A stretch of DNA of 63,873 bases, counting the filler, from Octopus bimaculoides (lineage: Eukaryota), in assembly GCF_001194135.2 (NCBI RefSeq). It is 8 parts of 7 records of this genome, joined end to end, with 100 filler letters (N's around TTAATTAATTAA, not from the genome) between each part and the next. Parts side by side here need not be neighbours in the genome. Positions count along the whole stretch, not along the records: positions 40,222 to 45,892 come from NC_069006.1; positions 45,993 to 53,937 come from NC_068995.1; 6 more parts are not named here. The stretch is one strand, 5' to 3'. The position numbers and the translations under genes are program-made. Below, piece after piece: positions 41,195 through 53,937 of this stretch. Position 1 is the stretch's first letter, and every line of letters begins with the position of its first letter. Under the pieces are notes generated by a model, which was not told the DNA's origin, searched no databases, and was given only the letters and a program-made list of their open reading frames with translations.

Positions 41195-41612
41195 TTCCTT
41201 TACTTGTTTCAGTCATTGGACTGCGGCCATGCTGGGGCACCAACTGGAAGAATTTTAGTCGAATAAATCGATCCCAATATTTTTCTTCTTTTCAAGCCTT
41301 GTACTTATTTTATTGGTTTCTTTAACTGAACCACTAAGTTACTGTGGCATAAACACACCCACACTGGTTGTCGAGTATACACTCACACACATGCACACGC
41401 ACAGATGCACACACACATATACACACACACATGCACACACACACACATATGCCGTGGGCTTCTTTCAGTTTCCATTTACCAAATCCACTCGAAAATCTTT
41501 GGTCGGAATGAGGCAGTGGGTAAAAGACACCTACCAAAGCTGCAATACAGTAGGACTGAACCCAGAACCATGAGGTTAAGGAGCAAGCTTCTTACCACAC
41601 AGCCACTGCTGC
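41195..41612 (-). mobile_element. SINE family A copy, antisense, starting 16 bp after the CYP exon donor
   Basis: Reverse complement of the family A tail, internal (CA)n and head. Confidence 0.75.
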
Positions 41613-42109
41613 ACTTAAGTTCTGTGTGTTATTTAGAAATAGCAGCTAAATGTTTTCTAAGTCACACTTTTTCAAAAATTAAATAAAATGGAAGCTTGAT
41701 GAATAATGTTTGGTTTCTATGGCGCTTTAGTTACTGAAACCACCTCAGCCCTGAACGGGATTCCAGTCTGCTAGAAAATACGGTCAGCCGAATCTCCCTC
41801 AAATCACATCCTATTGTCATGATAAAAAAGGAATGAGAGAACAAAAGAATATAGGGATGAATACATAATTCTGTTATTCCTTCACTAGAGTAATTCCTTG
41901 TACTTTGGCTATCCTGGGGCCGATCATACAAGTCCTAGTATTTAGATTAGTTAGGTAGTTAATCGATCTTTCTGAAAGTGCCGTTGCCTCTTGCTTTAAA
42001 GGGACATAAATCAACACAACATTTTACAGCCTAGGCACAAGGAAATTATATGACCATAACTGGAATGCGTTAAAAAAATGGAAGTACTGCCTCGGGGACT
42101 AGCGCGCAT

Positions 42110-42337
42110 ATGGCTGGTTACCTGGTTACCATGACATATAAATGACCAAGATCATAACACTGTTCCTTAAAGGGCCACCGGTCTGTTGCAGGGTTACTCA
42201 TTTACAGCTGAATGAACTGGAACAAAATGGAATGAAATGCTTTACTCAAGAACACAACGCACTTCCTGGTCCAGGAATCGAAATCACGATCTTGTGATCA
42301 TGTGTGCAACACACTGACCACTAGGGTATCTGCCTTC
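42110..42337 (-). mobile_element. Family-C-like SINE, antisense, in a CYP intron
   Basis: Reverse complement begins gaaggcagataccctagtggtcag..cacaagatcgtgatttcgattcc; a related sense head is at 43748. Confidence 0.65.
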
Positions 42338-42350
42338 ATTCATGTAGTCA

Positions 42351-43644
42351 ATCAGGTTGGTAATGGCAAATATAATGGCCAATTTTAAGGTCTCTATTAA
42401 AAATGAAAAAGCCCATGATTAAGACAATTATTTATTCGTTACCATAATTTCCATTAACATAATTTCCTTCCATCTGTCAACAAGCTTATANNNNNNNNNN
42501 NNNNNNNNNNNNNNNNNNNNNNNNNNNNNNNNNNNNNNNNNNNNNNNNNNNNNNNNNNNNNNNNNNNNNNNNNNNNNNNNNNNNNNNNNNNNNNNNNNNN
42601 NNNNNNNNNNNNNNNNNNNNNNNNNNNNNNNNNNNNNNNNNNNNNNNNNNNNNNNNNNNNNNNNNNNNNNNNNNNNNNNNNNNNNNNNNNNNNNNNNNNN
42701 NNNNNNNNNNNNNNNNNNNNNNNNNNNNNNNNNNNNGGAAGATGACACTGTTTCTGTTGACTAAGAAGGGTTGTTTTCTGTTCAAAGCAACTTTCAAACG
42801 ATGACATTGATCACAGCAGAGATTAGCAGTAATTGTTTGATTGTTGTCTAACAGTTCGTAATGGACACTTCATTCAATATGCTACTATCCAATCAACATG
42901 GTTTTCCTTGGATGAAGTCCTTCTCTTGGTTGTTGAACAGGTCTTCCTACTCGACTGATCTACGATCGGAGGCGTTTAACGTTACGGTAAAAGATCCACT
43001 TCTCATTATATGTAACAAACCTTCTCAAAAATGGTATCTTAAGGTGTCGTGAAAGCAATTAATGACAACAAACAATGTGCTGTAACAGATTATCTGGAGA
43101 CAATTCGTGCGGGTCTCATTTTCCAACCACTGAAACCTTTCCGATCCTTTTCTGTTGGTAAAGAACAGTTGTATGGGCTACATTAAACAGTCCTGCAAGT
43201 TCTCTACAAGTAGAGATTGGATTTTCTGTGAGAACAACTTCCAACTCTTCGGAATCAAGTTGTTTTGAATGACTTTCTTTTTGGCTCATCTTTCAAACTC
43301 AAATCCCCACTTCTGAAGTGAGAAAACTGTCTCCTGCAGCTCCTTTCACTCTCTCTATATCATTCATCCTCATAAACTCTCTGAAGAAACTTAACTGCAG
43401 TGCTTGCATTGACACGTTTATGAAACTCATAGAGTAAGACATGTCTAATGTGATCTTTAGAGGAGACGAATATGGGTGTGAATATAGCAGAAAATGATGG
43501 CCAATACAATCAAAATCTGAAAGGAAAATGTATAAATTACTCATTGTAACATTCTTAAAGCATTGCAAGAGGCACGATCTTAAAAAAATACTATCAAAAA
43601 CTGTTTTCTAAAATATCGGTCATTACCTTTGCACCAAGCTGATA
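42351..43644 (-). mobile_element. Near full-length decayed mariner element inside a CYP intron
   Basis: Imperfect TIRs at 42351-42385 and 43611-43644, total about 1.3 kb. Minus frames give HIRHVLLYEFHKRVNA, DPHELSPDN, FLRRFVTYNEKWIFYRNVKR, GLHPRKTML, VHYELL..NQTITAN and C-terminal KLVDRWKEI. The middle is partly an N gap. Confidence 0.85.
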
Positions 43645-43747
43645 TGACAAATATGATATCTCACCGCTATCTGAAACCCGAACTCTAGCCCTCCACATAC
43701 TAAGGATTAACAGTATGCCCACTGAAGGTCACTATATACGCTACAGT

Positions 43748-43990
43748 GAAGGTGCATCACCTAGTGGCTAGAGGATTGCACTTAGACTCACAAGATCGTG
43801 GTTTCGATTCCAGGTTAAAGTAGTGTATTGTTCCAGTCCAGTGAGCTGGCGAAAATGAGCAACTCTGTGGCAGATGGCTTCATATTCATGGAGAATGTTG
43901 CAAACTTGCTCAGTTATTCATGTCCGAGTGTAAATGGACGTGATAAGAACTTTCACTCTTGGAATAGTCCAGGGAGAAAATTCTTCACCT
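43748..43990 (+). mobile_element. Family-C-like SINE, sense, internally deleted, in a CYP intron
   Basis: gaaggtgcatcacctagtggctag..cacaagatcgtggtttcgattcc..ccagtccagtgagctggcgaaaatgag. Confidence 0.6.
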
Positions 43991-44321
43991 AAATTAGTAT
44001 AAATGCATATTTTATTCTGGGCTGTGAGTAACATTACTGGATTATAGGGCTCATGTATTTCTGTGTCCTTCCGTTTCATCAACTCGGTCATTCAGAGCCT
44101 GGTAAAGTATAGAATTTTACCTACGAAAACAACAACCAATTTCCATCTACAAAATTTGTTCACAAGGCATCGGAACCGAACCTAGAGCAGTGTAGTAACG
44201 AAACCACAGGTTTGATGAGTTTGATTTGACTACAAGTATTTAAGTCTATTTATCTGTATTAATTTATTATTTTCAAATTATTGATTAAGATTATTATTGA
44301 TTTTTTAAAATTATTTTGTAG

Positions 44322-44442
44322 ATGCACAAAAACCTTTTAAATCTTATGATAAAGGCTCAGCTGAAGGGTCATGAGACGTTGCCCCCAGAGGTAGAAAAGG
44401 AACTTCACTTAGAAAATGTAACTGACTGGCGAACTAAAAGAG
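44322..44442 (+). CDS. Cytochrome P450 clan 3, internal exon covering the H helix and H-I loop
   Basis: Acceptor ttattttgtAG at 44320-21 and donor GTTTGT at 44443. 121 bp, phase 0 to 1. Translates MHKNLLNLMIKAQLKGHETLPPEVEKELHLENVTDWRTKR+G; LLNLMIKAQ matches the DFLQLMIDSQ-type H helix and the phases fit both neighbouring exons. Confidence 0.85.
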
Positions 44443-45502
44443 GTTTGTATGTAACTCACATGCAGTTTCTCATTTTCTCTATGCAAGCCATTGATGTGTA
44501 ACTAAAAGAATAAATTCCAGAATGAAATATGTACAAGGTTCATTATGATTGTCTACAAACCCAGCATGGCTGCAGGTCATGACTGTCACCAGTAAAAGAA
44601 TAGAAGAATAAAAATTGGAATGATGTAGTGAAGAGCGATTTAAACTCGTTATATTCATTTAATCAACATATTCCTCTCTCCGATTCACTCACTTATTGCA
44701 ATTACGACTTTTGCGATATCCTTAATTCCAGGAACTTTTCAGACCCACCTCGTATACTTTCTGGTGAATTTAGCATCTGAGATGCTTTACTCTATGCAGA
44801 AACTCCAGGAGCTACTCAGAGTTATTACAATATTTTCTGAATGCGTCACTATATCAGAAACCTCTCTGCATCATCAGCTGGTATCTCAGGGCCACAAGCA
44901 TTTCACCCCTTAACCTCTACACTTCACCTGAGCGGGACAGCGTGGACTGAATTGGTGTTCATTTGCCGAAGGGTTCTGCCATGGCTACCACATCGGTGGC
45001 TTCTTTCAGTCATTTGTGTCCAAGACCCATCTTCAACAGGAAAGAACAAATAGGAAATAATAGGAAATAAACAGTACATGTGTGCTTTATAAATATTCTT
45101 TCTATAGCTATAAGGTTAATATACAATATTAAGCATTCTCATAAACTTTTAAGAATGATGTTAATCTGCACACTTATACATTTTTAATTAATATCAGAAT
45201 CTGGTCCCTAATTCAGAACAATATTATCAGAATAATTATTGGTATAAACCCTGGCACAAGGCTAGCAATTTTGGATGTGGTCTTTAGTCGATTACATCAA
45301 ACACCAGTGCTCAGCTGGTACTTATTTTAAGTCTCCGAAAGGATGAAAGTCAAAATCAACTTCGGCGAAATTTCAACTAGTAAAATTTGAAATGCCACAA
45401 AGCATTTTACCTGATGTGCTGATGAGAATAACTAAAACATAACAAGGACCTCTCTCAGAACAAAAGATATTTAATCATAATATTTATATTGTTTTTCCAT
45501 AG

Positions 45503-45660
45503 GAATTACCGACAATGAAATCTTGGCCCAATGCGTATTAATTTTCTTGGCTGGTTACGAAACTACCGCTTCTACTCTTACTTTCTTTACACATTTGATG
45601 GCATTAAACCCTGAACACCAAGAAAAATTGCACCAAGAGATTGAAGATGTTTTGGGAGAG
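45503..45660 (+). CDS. Cytochrome P450 clan 3, I-helix exon
   Basis: Acceptor gtttttccatAG at 45501-02 and donor GTAAGT at 45661. 158 bp, phase 1 to 0. Translates G-ITDNEILAQCVLIFLAGYETTASTLTFFTHLMALNPEHQEKLHQEIEDVLGE, containing the oxygen-binding AGYETT motif and the xxPExQEKLxxEI J-helix typical of CYP3-clan enzymes. Confidence 0.95.
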
Positions 45661-46078
45661 GTAAGTATATTACAGCTATTTAGAAATTTCGTTGCTGATT
45701 TAATTCAAGATTTACGATTTTTGGCGAATGTGCTAAAAAAAAAAGGTTGGCACTTGCCCTCAAAGTTTGTCCGGGCAAGTGGGGACCTTCATCATGCCAA
45801 ACAGATATACTCCATCGTTGAGACGGTGGCAAAACAAAATTGCTTGTGTGGAGCCCTAATAAAACTGGAACAATGAGATTATCAATACTGTTNNNNNNNN
45901 NNNNNNNNNNNNNNNNNNNNNNNNNNNNNNNNNNNNTTAATTAATTAANNNNNNNNNNNNNNNNNNNNNNNNNNNNNNNNNNNNNNNNNNNNATATAAAA
46001 CATATAACACGCACACATATACACACTCAAACACACACATGCACACGCATAGATACATCAATATTTATATATGAGTGT

Positions 46079-46118
<40 letters not shown>

Positions 46119-46458
46119 ATGCCAAGATTTCTAGATTGAAAGATGTAACACCGAAATTAGACGCAATAGCCAAAAGAGAGAAAGAAAGAAACAAACAAAC
46201 AAACAAACAAACAAAGAGATTTGAAAATACCAATGAACAAGATTATAAATAACAATGGGGAAAAAGAAAAGAAAAGCAAAGAAGAAACAAAGAAGGAAAG
46301 AAATCTTGTTGTAATTGAGATATAAAATGGTGGACAATAAGTTATAATGATTGTGCTGGACAATATTAATTACAAGATGAAGAGAAATTGTTGCCGTTGA
46401 TTAGGTGTATATAAAACCGTGTCTGTAGTTAAGATGGGGGAGTGTAGTGCGTGCGTGC

Positions 46459-46494
<36 letters not shown>

Positions 46495-46902
46495 GTGTGT
46501 GTGCGTGTGTCCGCGTGCGTGTGTGTGTGTGCTTGGTTGTCATTTAAATAAGAACTATAGATGTATTTATGTTTGTATGCGTTTCTGCACAGGTATAAAT
46601 GTATATTCGTACGTACCTGTGTATGTATGCATGTATGTATGTATGTATGCATGCATATATGTGTGTATATATGTGTGTATGTATATGTATGTACCTATGT
46701 ATGTGTATGTATATGTATGTATGTNNNNNNNNNNNNNNNNNNNNNNNNNNNNNNNNNNNNNNNNNNNNNNNNNNNNNNNNNNNNNNNNNNNNNNNNNNNN
46801 NNNNNNNNNNNNNNNNNNNNNNNNNNNNNNNNNNNNNNNNNNNNNNNNNNNNNNNNNNNNNNNNNNNNNNNNNNNNNNNNNNNNNNNNNNNNNNNNNNNN
46901 NN

Positions 46903-46949
<47 letters not shown>

Positions 46950-47231
46950 GTTTGTGTGACTATACGACGAGCTATTGGGCAAAGATTTCGCTTATGTAAT
47001 TCCACTCACGAGATATTGTTCAAAGGCAATTTTGTCTGTGATGAAATTGCAAAATGCGAAACTTTTTGACATTCTACAATAGATTAAGAGATAATTAAGA
47101 AATAATAGCCTTTGTGTGTTGGTAAGTGGATAATATAGCGTTCTTAAATGGCCAAAAATGTTCTTACCTCGATCTATAGTAATCTCGGTTTCAACACCGG
47201 GTGTCGAGTCCCCAATGTACATAATTATTCT

Positions 47232-47516
47232 GACACTCAATCGGTTACGATGATGAGTGCATCAATTGATTCGATCCACAGAACAACCTGCTCGTAAAAT
47301 TAATTAACTTGCGAGAGGCTGAGTACTGCACGGACACAGAATGTGACAAAGCTGGCTACTTTGAAATACAGGCTCTACTCCTTTTTTACTAACTGAAAGA
47401 AGCGCAGCAACTTGAAATAAAGTGTCTTGCTCAAGGACAGAATGCCTCACCCGGAACGGAACTCACAACCTTACGATCGTAAAGCGAATGCCTTAACCAC
47501 TAAGCCACGCGCCTTC
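47232..47516 (-). mobile_element. SINE family C, antisense copy
   Basis: tcggttacgatgatgag...aaagtgtcttgctcaagg...taaccactaagccacgcgccttc is the reverse complement of the family C pattern. Confidence 0.75.
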
Positions 47517-47557
47517 ATATAATTATTTATATACTCTGGCATATTTCTACCATATTT

Positions 47558-47800
47558 CTGCGTTACAGTGAGCTTCTGATGTGTCGTATCCGTGTTACAG
47601 CTTAGTTCTGTTCTCTCATGGTCTGTGTCACTGTGGGAGCCTATTGGACGGTGTTTGTTGCAGTTAGATTATGTTGTGTCGAGGTTTGTGTTACAGTTAG
47701 GTTCTATAGTGTCATGGTCTATGTTACAGTGCTGCAGTAACTTGAATAGCATTAAAGTTCTGTTTGGTTGTATGATGATCTGTCTTACAGTCATATTTTG
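47558..47800 (+). repeat. Degenerate minisatellite of about 32 bp (gtgttacagttag.ttct..gtgtcatggtct)
   Basis: Recurring gtgttacag/gttgcag/gtcttacag anchors at about 31-34 bp spacing. Confidence 0.55.
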
Positions 47801-47838
47801 TATCATAGTCAATTCCGTATCCTGTTATAACGAAGACC

Positions 47839-48160
47839 GAAGGTGCTTGGTCTGATGGTAGGGGTATTCAACTCACGATCGCTGGGTCGTGGGTTCAATT
47901 ACCGGCGACGCGTTGTGTCCTTCAGCAAGACACTCTATTTCACATTGCCGCAGTCCATTCAGCTGGTAAAAATGAGTAGTACCTGTATTTCGAAGGAGCA
48001 GTCTAGTCACACTCTGTATCACGCTGAATCTCCCTGAGAACTATGTTAAGGACACACATGTCCGTGGAGTGCTCAGCCACTTGCACGTTAATTTCACGAG
48101 CAGGCTGTTCCGTTGACCGGATCAACTAGAACCTGCGTCATCGTAACCGACGCAGTGCCA
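47839..48160 (+). mobile_element. tRNA-derived SINE family C, sense copy
   Basis: Head gaaggtgcttggtctgatggtagg..ggttcaattacc, core gtgtccttcagcaagacact, tail gtcatcgtaaccga; inverse copy at 47232-47516. Confidence 0.75.
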
Positions 48161-48760
48161 GCAGTGTAACAAAGATCTGTTACATTTATACTCTGTTAAG
48201 TAGGCACCTGTTTTATTTCTGCCTTCTGTTGTAACATAGATTGTGCTGCAATTTCTTGTGGTCTGTATAATGTGCATTACTGCTTCGATGTACTGCAACA
48301 GTCGGAGCTGAATTCTTCCGTAACATTTAGCTGTCATTTCTGGGAGATCAGGAAATTACGCAGAATGTTCATCTGATTAAGTCTTCATATCGAGGGTTAC
48401 TTTTATATTTACGTTCTGGTTCGATAGATCTTGGGAATGTCGTTACCGACAAACCTACGGCATCGATTGATCTAGGTTATTGATATCGATTTAATTAACT
48501 ATGTCTGTTCGATCTTCTCGAAATGATCAGAATGTTGCAATGTTGATTAGTCACCGATTTCTTTTATAGTCGAGAAAAACGACATGATAACGAGGAGTTG
48601 TGAACCAGATATAAGCAGACAATACAACAGTTTAACAAAACACCATTATGGCAAGATATATTCCACCTTTAGATAGAAATATCAATTTTATTAAAATCAA
48701 TATTATCAATGATCGATTTTTATTTATTAAAAGTCACGGAGGTTTTTCACCTTGGTAAGG

Positions 48761-48792
<32 letters not shown>

Positions 48793-48960
48793 NNNNNNNN
48801 NNNNNNNNNNNNNNNNNNNNNNNNNNNNNNNNNNNNNNNNNNNNNNNNNNNNNNNNNNNNNNNNNNNNNNNNNNNNNNNNNNNNNNNNNNNNNNNNNNNN
48901 NNNNNNNNNNNNNNNNNNNNNNNNNNNNNNNNNNNNNNNNNNNNNNNNNNNNNNNNNNNN

Positions 48961-48992
<32 letters not shown>

Positions 48993-49659
48993 GTACACAT
49001 ATATATAGACGCGCATGTAGACGCAGACACGCACACAGGCACACATACACATACACACACATCTGTTCATATACTGAAGTACGCACGCACGCATCTGCAT
49101 ATTCACATACATATACAAGCACGCACACACATCTACTCATATACAGACTCACACCCACACACATACACACACATCCACTCATACACTGGTCCGCATATTC
49201 ACATACACATACACATGTGCACACACATCTGTTCATACAGACACACCCGCACAAACACACGCGCACACACTTACACACACACACACTCACATACACAGGT
49301 ATCTGCACATACACACACGCACATACACACTATGGAAAGTACAGTAAGCATTACTATAAAAATGTTTTAATGGCTTATGGGTTGGAGATAAGTTGTTTCA
49401 ATTATTGTGTTAAATATTATCGTTTTTATTCTGATTATACGGCAAATAACTAGCTGTATAGCATATTTAGCTAATATCTGGAGCATCGCCAAGTTTGAGC
49501 GTATTGTGAAGAGGTTTAATGGGCCAACGGGAGCAGACTGCAGAGACATGGAAAGAATTAGAGGTCCGAGAGATACTTAAAATACATAATTGTTATAATC
49601 CACAATGAATTTGCAGACAAAATTTATCTTTGTGGTTGAGTTTCAAGTTTATAGTTTAA

Positions 49660-50040
49660 ATAAGTTTCGAAACTTTTATGTTCCACGAAAAGAAAATTGT
49701 AGGACGATTTCAGAAATTGTAATTCTCTACGGAGCGCAATGCTGGATGCTTATCAAATCACTCTGTTAGGATAAACGTCTAGATGCTCTATACTTCTGGG
49801 TTCTCAGAGCAGCAAGAAAAAATGTCATGGAAAAGCACATCAAATAAAGTAGCAACTATACGGTAATATTCCTAAGATAACTGCGACTGTAAATAAACTC
49901 GGGTTGAAGTGTAATGGATACTCATAGCGAAGTAAAGTTGAATAAATTTCTAAAATGCTATTATGGGAATCAGCTCGAAGAAAAAGAAAGCAAGGAAGAT
50001 CTGCCACGACTTACGTTGAATTACTGAAACTTGCCCCTTT
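49660..50040 (+). mobile_element. RTE-like LINE ORF2 3' fragment
   Basis: Degenerate ILYGAQCWML..RLDALYFWVLRAA..SWK.H..LYGNIPKIT...LLWESARRKRKQGRSATTYVELLK. Confidence 0.6.
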
Positions 50041-50070
50041 CATTGGCCCTGAACTTCTCCCAGAAGCAAA

Positions 50071-50182
50071 GGAGAGAAAGAGGGAGCGAGGGAGAGAGAG
50101 AGGGAGCGAGGGAGAGAATGAGGGAGCGAGGGAGAGAAAGAGGGAGCGAGGGAGAGAAAGAGGGAGCGAGGGAGAGAGAGAG
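50071..50182 (+). repeat. 20-bp purine minisatellite, about 5.6 copies (GGAGAGAAAGAGGGAGCGAG)
   Basis: Units start every 20 bp from 50071. Confidence 0.9.
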
Positions 50183-50474
50183 ACCAATAAAGAGGGAGAG
50201 AGTAGTATGCAGATTTCAATTGCAAACTACTTTATGTTACGTGAATTAACTGACCTCAGACACTATACGTCATTATATGTTACAAGTGAAATTTTTACTT
50301 TTCAAATCCCATATATATTGGGATAAAGACGTATTGTTACTACTGTTGTGGTTCTTAAATGTGTGGGTGTGGTTATTATAGTGTAACTTAAAATTTGATT
50401 GGAGGTGAGGTCAGATGTAGTCATGTACTGGATCGATACTTATTACCTTACATTGATAAATTACATGTATGCGC

Positions 50475-50760
50475 TTTAAGGACTGTGTCAAGTCCTCATT
50501 AAAGGCTTGTGATATGCAGGAGACCGACTGTGAGAGCAATGACTATCATCGCCACAGATGAGGGAAGCAGGTTAAGGAAGGAGTCGACACCTTTGAAAAA
50601 TCACGTATCCTTCATGAAGAATTTAAGCGTGCTGCTCGAAAGCGCACTGCTAGCATAATGAATGGTGAAAGCTTGGTTTGCAATGTCTGCAGTCGCTTAT
50701 GCTTGTCAAGAGCAGGGATCTTTAGCCACCAACGGAGCCGCAAATACAAAATATAAGTTA
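50475..50760 (+). mobile_element. RTE/BovB-like LINE extreme C-terminus
   Basis: KDCVKSSLKACD...KQVKEGVDTFEKSRILHEEFKRAARK...VCNVCSRLCLSRAGIFSHQRS (terminal C2H2-like motif). Confidence 0.7.
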
Positions 50761-53149
50761 GTCCTTATGTTCCTAAATGTTGCTAAACTATGTTTCTTAT
50801 GTTCCTAAATTATGCGCACAATGTTCCTAAAGGTCAGCAATGGTCTCCCTCAGTCACGAGTGGACGGCCATTATGTATGTATGTATGTATGCAAATTCAA
50901 ATATTTTCTCTTCTAATGAGCACAGCACTGACACAAAATAATTTCACGACCAAATTTGAAACAAATTCTCTACAGCAATCATGAAAATTGTTACAAGTAA
51001 TTTTCTCCAAATGGCGTTGCTAAAAACTTTGGTCGTTTCGCTGCCATTACCCACCAACACCAATCTCTGTCTATTGTCACACCGACACGTTCGAGTGCTA
51101 CTTGTTTTTCGCATAGCCACGTCGTAGAACTAGATCAGCTGATTGCAGTGATCATAACGTGGTGGCTCTCATTGAAAGTATGCGTGTGCGTGTGTACGTA
51201 TTTGTGTATGTGTGTGTATACATGTGTATATACATGTATGTGCATGTGTGCAATTGTATGTATAAATGAGTGTGTGTGCATGTTGGTTGTATGTTTGTGC
51301 ATATGTGTGAGAGAGATAGCACGGCTTCGGCCATCGATTGACAAACCATCTCTTTCACTCATTTTTCTCTTTCTTTCTCTAATTCTTTCTCCTTTTCTTT
51401 TTCTCTCGCATTTCTTTCTTTCTTTCTTTTTCGCTCATTCTTTCTTTCTCCCTTCCTCTCTTTCTCCCTTCCTCTCTTTCTCCCATCTATCTCTCTCTCT
51501 CCCATCTACCTCTCTCTCTCTATACAATTGTATAAAAGTATATATATGTCCATTAATTATTTTATTCTGCATAGTCACACTATAGGCTGTTTTACATCGT
51601 TCAAGAATTTAATTTACCACCATTGGCCATTCCATTGGTTCCATGTTTGGACCTGTCCCTTCCGCCTTCCCTCCCTCTTTCTCCACCACTGATGCACGTG
51701 ATCTCTCCCACACCTTATCCATATCCCTCCATAAACCAATTCCCAAATGCTCCGGTGTTCTCGGTTGACGTTTTCAAAATTTTAATTAAATGAGTGTCAT
51801 TTGTGGTGGCGTTGGCGTTGATGTTGTTGTTGTTGCTGCTGCTGCTGCTGATGATGATGGTGATGGTGATGATGATGACGATATTGATGGCACGTCAATA
51901 TGGCAGTGGTGACTGGTGGTGCTGATGGCGGTGATGATGATTGTGATGATGATGGTGATGAGAAAGAGGAGGAAGAGGAGTTGGGGGTAAGAAGGAGATG
52001 AGAAAAGGAGGAGGATTCTATTTAAATCATACGAACTCGTGCCAAAACTGCGAAACGTTAATCTGAAATTTGTTCATCGAGAGACAACTTGTTATTAAAG
52101 ACACGGCACCCGCTGATTCCCAATTATAGATATGCCAATGTACTTCTCCCTTCTAGGTCATGAGGTCGAACAACAACCCCGCATTATTTTGCTTGACAAG
52201 CGCGCTACGCTTAACATGGATTTTGTATGGAATTATAAAAAAGCGAGGTTATATTTTTGTGTTCTATCAGGTGCCCTCTTTTTTTTTTATTAGAATATAT
52301 TTCTTCTTAAGACGCCATCTTGTCGACTAGATACAAACAGACAGACATGTTCTTCCACGCATGCCTAGGTACTCAAAATGTAAGGAATTTAAACAAATTC
52401 AGCAAAATAGTTTGTCTGAAACCTAAGCGATTCTACCTTTCCTCCATGTTGCGCGGCTTTCGAAGGATTTAACACAAAAATCTACCTTCGTGGAATTCGT
52501 ACCGAGAATTTTTTTTTTCTTTTAATCTTTCTTGTTTGATTTCTTTCAGTCATTTGGCTGTGGTCATGTTGAGACAACGATTTGAAAAAATTTTAGTCGG
52601 ACGAGTCGGCCCCGAAGTACCTTTATTCTAAGCCTGTTACTTATTCTATCGGTTTCTTTTGCTAAACTGCTAAGTTATGGGGACGCAAGCAAAACAGCAC
52701 CAGTCATCAAGCGGTGGGGGTGAGAAACACAAAGATACACACACATACGATGCGTCACCGGGAATTGAACTCACGACATTATGATCTCGTGAGCCGAATG
52801 CTCTAACGACTAAGCCACGCGCCATCATACTCACACACACACACACACACACACACATAATCTTACGTATAAAACTATATTATTGCAAAATATCAAAATG
52901 TCCCTCATCAGTAGAGAAAACATGTTGTTAAGGCGTGTATCTTTTAATCCGAGATTATTACGGACAATCTACGGGAAATGTAACGTTTAATCCGGGAATA
53001 GAACATTTAATGCGAGACGTAATAAATAATAACAGTCAAGCATAGGAGACGTGGTAAATCTATTTCGTTTCCATATTAGATTTATGGGAGCAGCACACAC
53101 GGTTATATGTGAAGTGGCTGGACGGGTTGACGAAGATGAGAACGACAAC

Positions 53150-53659
53150 AATGACCATGATGACAAAGATGGTGAGGAGGTGGAGGAGGAGGAGGAGGAG
53201 GAGGTGGAGGAGGGGGAGGAGGAGTTGGAGAAGGNNNNNNNNNNNNNNNNNNNNNNNNNNNGAGGTGGAGGAGGAGGTGGAGGAGGAGGTGGAGGAGGTG
53301 GAGGATGAGAAGGTGGAGGAGGAGAAGGTGGAGGAGGGGAAGGTGGAGGTGGGGGATGAGGAGAAGGTGGAGGAGGAGGACGAGGAGAAGGAGAGGAGGA
53401 GGAAGACGATGAAGACGAAGATAATGACGATAACAATGATGACGATAACAATGATGACTGTGGATGATGATGTTGATGATGATGATGACGATGACGATGA
53501 TGATGACTACAAGGATGGTGAGGATGAGGCGGAGGAGCAGCACCAGCAGGAGGAAGAGGAGGAGGAAGAAGAGGAGGGGGAAGATTAGGAAGAGGAGGAT
53601 TAGGAGGAGGAAGATTAGGAGGAGGAAGAAGAGAAGGAAGAGGGGGAAGATGATGGTGG

Positions 53660-53710
<51 letters not shown>

Positions 53711-53856
53711 CAACGCTGACAAGAACAACGATATTGTTGGTGACGATGACGATGGCTCTGCTGTCGAAGACAATAATTATGACGATGGTCATAGTAGCGA
53801 TGGTCATGGTGGTAGTATGTGGCGTTCATTATCATTAGCGGCAATCATCAATGTTC

Positions 53857-53910
<54 letters not shown>

Positions 53911-53937
53911 CCATCATCTTCCCAACTACCACCACCA
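53150..53937. repeat. Compound (GAG)n/(GAT)n/(CAT)n block
   Basis: Direct inspection; source of the poly-E and poly-P pseudo-ORFs. Confidence 0.95.

Noticed and set aside
45661-45876. Extension of the I-helix ORF past 45660
   Set aside because: Read-through into the intron after a consensus GTAAGT donor; P450 similarity stops at the donor.
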